From Alphaproteobacteria bacterium (GTDB lineage Bacteria; Pseudomonadota; Alphaproteobacteria; UBA2966), in the NCBI GenBank assembly GCA_964291395.2, contig OZ219856.1, forward strand, positions 512,001 through 576,000: a stretch of DNA of 64,000 nt, given 5' to 3'. The notes under the pieces were generated by a model. It worked only from the letters and a program-made list of their open reading frames with translations, did not search any database and was not told the DNA's origin. Below, one piece after another: positions 56,748-64,000 of this stretch. The translations under genes were made by a program, and so were the position numbers. How positions within the stretch are numbered: position 1 is the stretch's first letter; each line of letters starts with the position of its first letter.

Positions 56748-58211
56748 ATGGCGCGGACCATCCGCATCGTGGACACCACGCTTCGCGACGGGCACCAGTG
56801 CCTGTGGGCGACGCGCATGCCGACGGCCATGATGCTGCCCGTGGCGGACGCCTTCGACCGCTCCGGATTCTGGGTCATCGAAATGATCGGGGCGGTTCAG
56901 TTCGACGCCTGCATGCGGTTCATCGGCGAGAATCCCTGGGCCCGCATCCGGGAACTCCGCCGCCGCATCTCACGACCCCTCCAGGTGATCATGCGCAGCA
57001 ACTGCGCCCTCAATTTCGATCGCCAGCCCGTCGACATCAACGAGCTCTGGGGGGAACTGCTGGCGAGGAACGGCCTCGACCGGGTCTATGCGTTCGACGG
57101 TCTGCACGACTACGACAACACGGTCCCCCAACTTCTGAGCGCCAAGGCGCATGGCGCCCGGATCGGTCACTGGCTGCTCTACAGCGTCAGCCCCGTCCAC
57201 ACCGACGAGCTCTATGTGCGCAAAGCGCGGGAGATCATCGACCGCGCCGGAGTCGAGGAACTCATCATCGAGGACGCGAGCGGCGTGCTGACCCCGGAAA
57301 GGGCCGCCACCCTGGTGCCGGCGCTCAAGCGGGAGATCGGCGACATGCCGCTCGGCCTACACATGCATTCCCTCGTCGGGCTGCCGCAGCGAACGTATCT
57401 GGAGGCCGTCAAGCACGGCGTCGACAACCTCTATTGCTGTGTCTGGCCAGTCGCGGACGGCAATGCGCCGCCATCCGTGCAGACGACCGTGCGTAACCTT
57501 CGATACGCGGGCTACGACGTGGCAGTGAACGACGAGGCGGTGGACGACATCAGCCGTCATTTCGAGGAGCAAGCCTTCCTGCACGACATGCCGACGGGCG
57601 ACCCGCAGGACTTCGACCTCGCGCACTTCGACCACCAGATCCCCGGTGGCGTCCTGTCGAACCTGATCTCCCAGCTCCGGGACGTTGGACTGGAGCACAA
57701 GCTTCCCCACGTCCTTGAGGAATGCGGCCGAGTGCGGGAGGATCTGGGCTGGCCGATACAGGTCACGCCGTTCGCCCAGTTCCTGGCGGTGCAGGGAACG
57801 TTCAACGCCATCCACGGCGAGCGCTACGCCGTGGTTCCGGACGAGGTGAAGAAGTATGCACTCGGCTACTTCGGCAAGCATCTGTCGCCGGTCGATCCGG
57901 ACGTCATGGACCGCATCGTCGAGCGGGGCTCCAAGCAGATCCCCTTGGAAGCGCCTGAGCCGGAGCCCGCCGTCGACCGGCTGCGCGCGCGGTATCCGGA
58001 CATGCCGGACGAAGAGCGGTTCCTGCGCTACTCGTTTCCCGAGGAGATCAGCGAGGCCACGCTGTCGAAAGATCCGATCGCACCACTTCCGCCCATCCTG
58101 ACATCGTCATTCGTCGACCTGCTCAAGGCGCTCCGCGAGATGAAGCGGGGCACCCACGTGTTCATCCGGCAGGGTGGCGTCGAGATCGCCGTGGAGGCGC
58201 GCACCGCGTAG
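56748..58211 (+). CDS. pyruvate/oxaloacetate carboxyltransferase-like subunit, paralog 2, no biotin domain
   Basis: DTTLRDGHQ, HMH, HQIPGG..SN, VTPFAQ; IEDASG in place of IKDMAG. Confidence 0.85.
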   Translation: MARTIRIVDTTLRDGHQCLWATRMPTAMMLPVADAFDRSGFWVIEMIGAVQFDACMRFIGENPWARIRELRRRISRPLQVIMRSNCALNFDRQPVDINELWGELLARNGLDRVYAFDGLHDYDNTVPQLLSAKAHGARIGHWLLYSVSPVHTDELYVRKAREIIDRAGVEELIIEDASGVLTPERAATLVPALKREIGDMPLGLHMHSLVGLPQRTYLEAVKHGVDNLYCCVWPVADGNAPPSVQTTVRNLRYAGYDVAVNDEAVDDISRHFEEQAFLHDMPTGDPQDFDLAHFDHQIPGGVLSNLISQLRDVGLEHKLPHVLEECGRVREDLGWPIQVTPFAQFLAVQGTFNAIHGERYAVVPDEVKKYALGYFGKHLSPVDPDVMDRIVERGSKQIPLEAPEPEPAVDRLRARYPDMPDEERFLRYSFPEEISEATLSKDPIAPLPPILTSSFVDLLKALREMKRGTHVFIRQGGVEIAVEARTA

Positions 58212-58237
58212 GACGGAGACGCCGGGCGGTCACAAAA

Positions 58238-58265
58238 TGTGCCCCACCGCGCGGGGTGGGGCACA
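58238..58265. terminator. hairpin between convergent operons
   Basis: TGTGCCCCACC-N6-GGTGGGGCACA, preceded by AAAA (U-tract on the minus strand). Confidence 0.65.
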
Positions 58266-58286
58266 CATGCCTGAGACGCGCTCGCG

Positions 58287-59360
58287 CTAGGAGCCCGCGC
58301 TCACCTTGCGGTTCCACTTTTCCGTGTAGACCGTGCGGTCGACCTTGGAGAAATCGATCGAGTACATGTTCTTGATTTCGTCGGGCTTCAGCCGCATGAA
58401 ATCCATGCCGGGCTCCGAGGCGTAATCGGCCAGGACATCTTCCCGAGAGGACAGCAGCCAGCCCTTCATGACGCCGCGCTGGTGCTGCTCGCTGATGAAC
58501 TGGTTGACGATCCAGTCGCGGGCCGCGTCGTTCTTGCCGCCCTTGATCTTGACCAGCCACCCCTGCTTGAGCACGCCGAAGATACCGGGCTTGACCTCGG
58601 CATGCGTTGCCCACAACGGGGCCACGCCCAATAGACGGCCCATGGTGTGGACGCCGGCACAGGCGGCCCAGACGTCTCCGCTCTTGAGCAGGGTCCGGAG
58701 CGCGGAGTTCGACTTCCAGAAGGCCTTCACTTCGAGGCTGGCGATCAGATCGAGCGCCGGGTCGATGTTGGACTCGTCGCCACCGCCTTCCAGGGCCATG
58801 CCGACGAGACAGGGCATCACGCCGCCACCGGCGATGTCGGGTACCGAGATCTTGCCCTGCAGCTTGGGGTGCTTCAGGTCCGCGTACTTCTTCGGCACCG
58901 GAATGCCGTGCTCCTTGAACTTCTCGGTGTTGTAGATGATGGCCGATTGGGTGGTCCAGGTCTTCACCCAGTGCTTCGACTTGTCCTGTTCCGCCAGGGC
59001 CGACGCGTTGGGGACCTTGCCGAAGTCGATCTCGTCGAGGTAGCCCTTGGCTGCCAACGGCGGCAGGAAGTCGTCTGTCGTTTCCATCAGATCGAACGGC
59101 GGTTCCGCGCCGCGCGACGCCACCAGCTTGCCGAAGTTGGGGCTGGGCGACCCGGCGACGTAGACCATCTTGCCGCCTTCCTTGGCGAAGGCCTCGCCGA
59201 CCGTCGATTCGATCAGGTTGCGCCATTTACCGCCGAAGCTCGCGACGCGAACCTCGACGCCGTCGAACATGCCGGCGAAGGACGGTTTGACGCCCGTGGT
59301 TGCCATGCCCGCGGCGACGAGGCCGACGGCCAACAACCTGATTGTTGTCCTAGAATTCAT
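58287..59360 (-). CDS. ABC substrate-binding protein (PotD/PotF-like)
   Basis: Signal peptide; VASFGG, VPN, IIYN, YADL.HP. Confidence 0.85.
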   Translation of the reverse strand: MNSRTTIRLLAVGLVAAGMATTGVKPSFAGMFDGVEVRVASFGGKWRNLIESTVGEAFAKEGGKMVYVAGSPSPNFGKLVASRGAEPPFDLMETTDDFLPPLAAKGYLDEIDFGKVPNASALAEQDKSKHWVKTWTTQSAIIYNTEKFKEHGIPVPKKYADLKHPKLQGKISVPDIAGGGVMPCLVGMALEGGGDESNIDPALDLIASLEVKAFWKSNSALRTLLKSGDVWAACAGVHTMGRLLGVAPLWATHAEVKPGIFGVLKQGWLVKIKGGKNDAARDWIVNQFISEQHQRGVMKGWLLSSREDVLADYASEPGMDFMRLKPDEIKNMYSIDFSKVDRTVYTEKWNRKVSAGS

Positions 59361-59488
59361 GCTGTTCCTCCCAGTGGGTGCCTGTCCGACCAAGTACCAA
59401 GCGACGACACTTCTCGAACTTTGGGGACTCTAGTCCCGCGACGCGGCGCCGTCCAATCGACCCATCGAATCAGTCAAATGCACCGAAT

Positions 59489-60319
59489 TCATCTCGTGCG
59501 GACGAAGACGTCGAGGCCGGTGAACCGCTGGATTACGAGCAGCACGATCAGGGAGAAGACGACAACGATGGTCGACGCGGCGAGCACGGTCGTATCGAAT
59601 TCCTGCTCGAGTGCGAGGAAGACCTCGACGGGGAAGGTCGACGTTCCCGGCTTGGACAGGAATATGGCGATGGGAACGTCGCCGAACGACACCATGAATG
59701 CGTAGAGGCTGCCGGCGAAGACGCCGGGGGCGATCAACGGCAAAGTGATCCGCCGGAAGGTCGTCCACCGGCTGGCCCCCAATGTCTGCGCGGCTTCTTC
59801 CAGTGCCGGCTGGAAGCGCTGGAGCACCGGCACGACAGCTCCGATGACGAACGGCGTGGCCGCGAATACGTGGGCGATGGCGAGTCCGACGAACGTCCCG
59901 TTGGCGTACCACCCGGTCGCGGCGCCGATCGCGTAGTAGGCCTGCAGAAAGGCGAGGCCCATGACCACGCCCGGGATCTGCAGGGGCACGCGGAACAACG
60001 TCATGATCACGGACTTGCCCACGACGTTGCTGCGCACCAGCCCCAATGCCGCCGGTATGCCGATCAACGAGGCGCCGAGCGCCGCGGCGACCCCGACCGT
60101 GACGCTCAGGTAGATCCCGTCGGTGATGTATTCGGGGATGTTGAGATAGGCGTCGAAGGTGAAGCGCTCCGGCGGAAACACCACGTACGCCCGCTCCCCG
60201 TAGTCGAACGAAGAGGCCACCACGATGACGATCGGCGCGAAGAGGAATACGTAGACCGCGGCAAGAACGAAAGCTCGCGATCCTTTCGAGACAAGCTTGC
60301 CCCGCGTCTGAGGGTTCAT
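59489..60319 (-). CDS. ABC permease (PotC-like)
   Basis: LEEAAQTLGA EAA loop, ITLPLIAPG. Confidence 0.88.
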   Translation of the reverse strand: MNPQTRGKLVSKGSRAFVLAAVYVFLFAPIVIVVASSFDYGERAYVVFPPERFTFDAYLNIPEYITDGIYLSVTVGVAAALGASLIGIPAALGLVRSNVVGKSVIMTLFRVPLQIPGVVMGLAFLQAYYAIGAATGWYANGTFVGLAIAHVFAATPFVIGAVVPVLQRFQPALEEAAQTLGASRWTTFRRITLPLIAPGVFAGSLYAFMVSFGDVPIAIFLSKPGTSTFPVEVFLALEQEFDTTVLAASTIVVVFSLIVLLVIQRFTGLDVFVRTR

Positions 60320-60337
60320 CTTTGCGCCTCCCCTGCC

Positions 60338-61201
60338 TCAGACCATGATCGCCTGGCCGCGCCGGAAGCGCTTCACGAGCGCGACCGAGAACAGATTGAT
60401 GAGTACCACGGCGCCGAGCAGGATGACGGCGAGGGCCGCCCCCATGCCGTAGTTCGTGTTCACGATGACGCTCTGCTGCACGATGACCGGCAGAGTCACG
60501 ATCTTGCCCGCGCCGATGAGCGCCGTCGAGGCGAACCCGCCGATGCTGATGTTGAAAACCATCAGCGAGCAGATCACGACTCCCGGCGTCGCCAGGGGCA
60601 GAATGATCCGCCGATAGACGTTGAACCGTCCGGCGCCGTGAATCTGTGCGGCCTCCTCGAGGCTGCGCGGGATGGTCAAGATGATGCTGTAGATCAGCAG
60701 CACCGCGAAGCCCAGCGAATAATACATGAGTCCAGTGATGACTCCGGCGAAAGTACCCAAAATGGTGAACGTCTCTTCGATCAAACCGAGCGCCAGAAAC
60801 AAGCGGTTGACGATTCCGTCGGGACTGAACAACACGATGAGTCCCAGGACCTTGATGGCGATGGTCACGAACTGGGCGACCACGACCAGCGCCAGGAACA
60901 ACATCGCCCAGCGGGACGTCATACGCGCGATGATGTAGGCGACGGGCACCGCGCAGACCATGGTGAGAACGGTCGCCGCGGCGGAGATGTTGATCGATAG
61001 CAGGAGAACGTTCAGGTAGTAGGGGTCGGAGAAGGCCCTGAGGTAGTTGACGAGTTCGTAGGTCGTCGAGAGATCGCCGTACCCCAGATCCTTGTGGAAA
61101 CTCCCCTTGATGAAGATGAACTGCGACGCGACCAGCAGCACCACCGTCAGGACGAGCGGTGGGAACAGGATCAACTCCCATCTGGCCTTGATGCCGCTCA
61201 T
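60338..61201 (-). CDS. ABC permease (PotB-like)
   Basis: LEEAAQIHGA, ILPLATPG; ATGA-coupled to the upstream reductase. Confidence 0.88.
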   Translation of the reverse strand: MSGIKARWELILFPPLVLTVVLLVASQFIFIKGSFHKDLGYGDLSTTYELVNYLRAFSDPYYLNVLLLSINISAAATVLTMVCAVPVAYIIARMTSRWAMLFLALVVVAQFVTIAIKVLGLIVLFSPDGIVNRLFLALGLIEETFTILGTFAGVITGLMYYSLGFAVLLIYSIILTIPRSLEEAAQIHGAGRFNVYRRIILPLATPGVVICSLMVFNISIGGFASTALIGAGKIVTLPVIVQQSVIVNTNYGMGAALAVILLGAVVLINLFSVALVKRFRRGQAIMV

Positions 61202-62187
61202 TCGTTCATCTGCAACAGGATCTTTCCGGTGCGGTCGCCGTGCCCCGCATGGTGAAGCGCTTCCCGCACTCTCCACAAGGGATAGACCGCTTCCACGTCC
61301 GCGTGGAGCTTCCCGTCGACGATCAGTTCGGCCAGACGGTCCGTGACGCGGGAAATCTCTTGCGGTGGCGCCGTGACCTGCCACTTGGCGCGCCAAAAGC
61401 CGCGTAGCTGAACGTCCCGGAAGATCACATCCCGCGGGTCGACCATGCAGGGCTCTCCGCTGAGCAATCCGTAGTTGACGATCGTGCCGCCCACGGCGAG
61501 GCAGCGTGCCATCTCTTCCGTCGCCTTCCCCGCCACGGCGTCGATTCCGAGCCCGATTTCCGCCCCGCCGGTCTCCGAGGCGACGCGTTCGGCGAGGTCC
61601 GGGCCGTCGAGCAAGACCACGTCGGCTCTCAGCCGCTTCAGGGGCTCGATGGTCCGTGGCCGGCGGACGACGTTGACCGTCCTGAAGCCTTCGATCCTCG
61701 CCAGTTGGACGAGGTATCGCCCGACGGCGGAGTTCGCGGCGTTTTGAATGACCCAGTCGCCGCGGGACAGCTCGACGAAAGTCGTCAGCATGAGGTAGGC
61801 CGACGCCGGATTCGCGCGCATCATGCAGAGTTGCCGCGAATCGCCCTCGTCCGGCAGCGGCGTGACCTGGGTGGCGGGCGCCGTAATTTTCTCGCACCAG
61901 GTGCCGCGCCCCGGCGGCAGTAGCACCCGGTCGCCGACCTTGGCACTCGCGACGTTGTCTCCAACGGCGCTCACCCGGCCCAGGCCCTCGACACCGGCGA
62001 TGGCCGGCAGCTCGGGCGCCGCCGCGCCGTAGCGCCCCTCCATCGCCAGCAGGTCGCCTGGATTCACCGGCGCGAACAAGACGTCGATCGAGACCTCGCC
62101 GTCCCCCGGCGCGGGCGGGTCGGGCACCTCGTCCAACTCGATGACTTCGAGGGGTGATCCGAGGTGGGCGAACCGTGCAGCTTTCAT
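61198..62187 (-). CDS. MDR enoyl-thioester reductase-like (MECR/Etr1-like)
   Basis: APVNPGD, GVEGLG, NPASAY, QNAANSAVG, YGLLSG. Confidence 0.85.
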   Translation of the reverse strand: MKAARFAHLGSPLEVIELDEVPDPPAPGDGEVSIDVLFAPVNPGDLLAMEGRYGAAAPELPAIAGVEGLGRVSAVGDNVASAKVGDRVLLPPGRGTWCEKITAPATQVTPLPDEGDSRQLCMMRANPASAYLMLTTFVELSRGDWVIQNAANSAVGRYLVQLARIEGFRTVNVVRRPRTIEPLKRLRADVVLLDGPDLAERVASETGGAEIGLGIDAVAGKATEEMARCLAVGGTIVNYGLLSGEPCMVDPRDVIFRDVQLRGFWRAKWQVTAPPQEISRVTDRLAELIVDGKLHADVEAVYPLWRVREALHHAGHGDRTGKILLQMNE

Positions 62188-62234
62188 GTTTCGTGTCTCC
62201 GAGAGAGGGCGCACGCCCCGTTTGCCGCCGGGCG

Positions 62235-63797
62235 TCAGCCCACGCGGCGTTCCTGGCCCGCCCAAAACTTCTCGCGGACATCCTTCTTCAGGACCTTGCC
62301 GACCGCGCTTCTCGGAAGCTCGTCCCAGAACTCTACGGTCTTTGGCGACTTCACGCTGCCTAGCCTGGCCTTGCACAACGAGATGACTTCGTCCTCGGAG
62401 ACGTGCCGTTCGGGCTTGAGCTCGACGACCGCCTTGACCGCTTCGCCCCACTTTTCGTCCGGAACCCCGATCACCGCACAATCCTGAACCGCCGACAGCG
62501 TCAGGATCACGTTCTCGACCTCGCTCGGCCACACGTTGAATCCGCCGGACACGATCATGTCCCGTTTGCGGTCGACGATGTAGACATAGCCGTCCCCGTC
62601 CTTGTAGCCGATGTCGTTCGTATGATGCCAACCGTGGGCGGAGACCTCTTCGGTCGCGTCCGGGCGTTTGTAGTAGCCATCCATGACGATTCCGCCCCGC
62701 GTCACGATCTCGCCGACCTCACCGGCCTTCAGAATACTGCCTTCGTCGTCCATGATCTCGACCGCGGTGAAGAGGCTGGGCCGGCCCGCGCTGCGCAGAC
62801 GATGTTCCTTGTCCGGATCCCGGCAGGCTTCCGCCTGGTCCTGCCTGGAGAAATAGGTGCTGATGAAGGGCGATTCCGTTTGCCCGTAGGATTGCGACAT
62901 GACGGGTCCGAAGACGTCGACGGCCTCCTTGAGCTTGTCCGGAGACATCGGCGACGCCGCGTAGTGGAAGTACTTCAGGCTCGAGTAGTCGCAGTCCCGC
63001 ACCCCGGGGTGCGCGAGCCACCTGTAGATCGCGGTCGGCGGCAGGAACACCGTCGTGACCCGGTGCGTCTCGATCATCTCCATCATGACCTCGGGAAGGG
63101 GCCGTTCGACGACGACGATCGTCGTGCCGTGCGGCAGCAGCATCAGCGACATCGCGCCCGCCACGTGCGTCATCGGCGCCGCCGCGAGATAGACCGGCGG
63201 CTCCTCGTAGGGCATGGCGGCCGAGGCGTTGGCGAGCATGAAGGCGAAGTTGAGATGGGTCAGAGGAACGCCCTTGGGAACGCCGGTGGTGCCTCCGGTA
63301 TAACGAATGGCCGCGTAGTCCCGCGGGTCGCAGGCGATATAGGGCGCCCGATCCTCCCGGTCCGCGATCCAGTCGTCCAAAAACGGCGCGTTCGCGCCCT
63401 CGCGATCCACGCAAACGAACTTGCGGATGCCGGGCACGCGGTCCCGGATCTCGGCGGCGTGCTCCTCGAACGCGCTGTGATAGAAGAGGAGTTCGCAGCC
63501 GCTGTCGCCGAGGACATGGACGTTTTCCGCCATCGCGCCGCGCGCGTTGATCGGCACCCACGCCGCGCACGCCCTCAGGATTCCCAGCACGCAGATGAAC
63601 GCCATGGCGTCGTTGGGGCTGAAAACGGCGGCTTGGCGGCCCTTGGAGATTCCTTCCGCGATGAGGGCATTGCCGATCCTGTGCGTGAGCCGTTGGGTCT
63701 CGCCGAACGTGACGCGTCGGCCGCCCTGGATGAAGCAGTCCCGCTTCGGGTTCAGGGAGACACCTCGGTCGAAATAGTCGATCAGCCTGAGTACCAT
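62235..63797 (-). CDS. AMP-binding acyl-CoA ligase
   Basis: YTGGTTGVPKG, YGQTE, DRKRDMIVSGG, VGKV. Confidence 0.92.
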   Translation of the reverse strand: MVLRLIDYFDRGVSLNPKRDCFIQGGRRVTFGETQRLTHRIGNALIAEGISKGRQAAVFSPNDAMAFICVLGILRACAAWVPINARGAMAENVHVLGDSGCELLFYHSAFEEHAAEIRDRVPGIRKFVCVDREGANAPFLDDWIADREDRAPYIACDPRDYAAIRYTGGTTGVPKGVPLTHLNFAFMLANASAAMPYEEPPVYLAAAPMTHVAGAMSLMLLPHGTTIVVVERPLPEVMMEMIETHRVTTVFLPPTAIYRWLAHPGVRDCDYSSLKYFHYAASPMSPDKLKEAVDVFGPVMSQSYGQTESPFISTYFSRQDQAEACRDPDKEHRLRSAGRPSLFTAVEIMDDEGSILKAGEVGEIVTRGGIVMDGYYKRPDATEEVSAHGWHHTNDIGYKDGDGYVYIVDRKRDMIVSGGFNVWPSEVENVILTLSAVQDCAVIGVPDEKWGEAVKAVVELKPERHVSEDEVISLCKARLGSVKSPKTVEFWDELPRSAVGKVLKKDVREKFWAGQERRVG

Positions 63798-63891
63798 GAG
63801 TTCGGTCGAGCGGCGGCATTGGATCCTGCTGCCGGATGAAAAAAGCCGCCGCCGCGAGTTATGTCAACGGCCTGCGCACGCTGGGTGTGCC

Positions 63892-64000
63892 CTATTTCTG
63901 GTGCCCGTCGTGGCCCGTTTCTCCCCGACGCGCCGTGCCCGCCTCGATAACCACGTCCACGTCGACATCTCCCGCCGATTCGAACTCGAGCGTCATGGGA
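63892..64000 (-). CDS. 3' end of a probable PCu(A)C copper chaperone (partial)
   Basis: PMTLEFESAGDVDVDVVIE...GHDGHQK* resembles the PCuAC C-terminal strands plus a His tail. Confidence 0.6.
   Translation of the reverse strand, partial: PMTLEFESAGDVDVDVVIEAGTARRGETGHDGHQK

Overview
GC-rich proteobacterial chromosomal window (gene content and style suggest an alphaproteobacterium; this is inferred, not established) with about 60 CDSs, mostly catabolic and redox enzymes and transporters. These include three luciferase-like monooxygenases, two CmcJ/NvfI-type oxidoreductases, TauD, GMC and MDR oxidoreductases, GGT, a branched-chain-type ABC locus with one binding protein and two complete permease/ATPase sets, a DUF4212/sodium:solute symporter locus and a polyamine-type ABC system. 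I found no rRNA, tRNA, CRISPR array, intact transposase or integrase. Main points: (1) a hidden selenoprotein of the PrdB/GrdB-like family (UxxC motif, in-frame UGA at 38879-38881, SECIS-like hairpin) that the ORF track splits in two; (2) a biotin carrier protein plus two tandem PycB/OadA/5S-like carboxyltransferases with no biotin carboxylase in the window and the canonical carbamylated Lys replaced by Gln/Glu; (3) two toxin-antitoxin cassettes (RelE-like and AbiE), each enclosed by long direct duplications (about 250 bp and 110 bp) of ordinary host gene ends with no mobility gene, plus several gene stubs (typA fragment, collapsed BrnT toxin, IS1380 fragment). Four single-base frameshifts could be assembly errors. 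All family assignments come from motifs recognised by eye and need HMM/BLAST confirmation.
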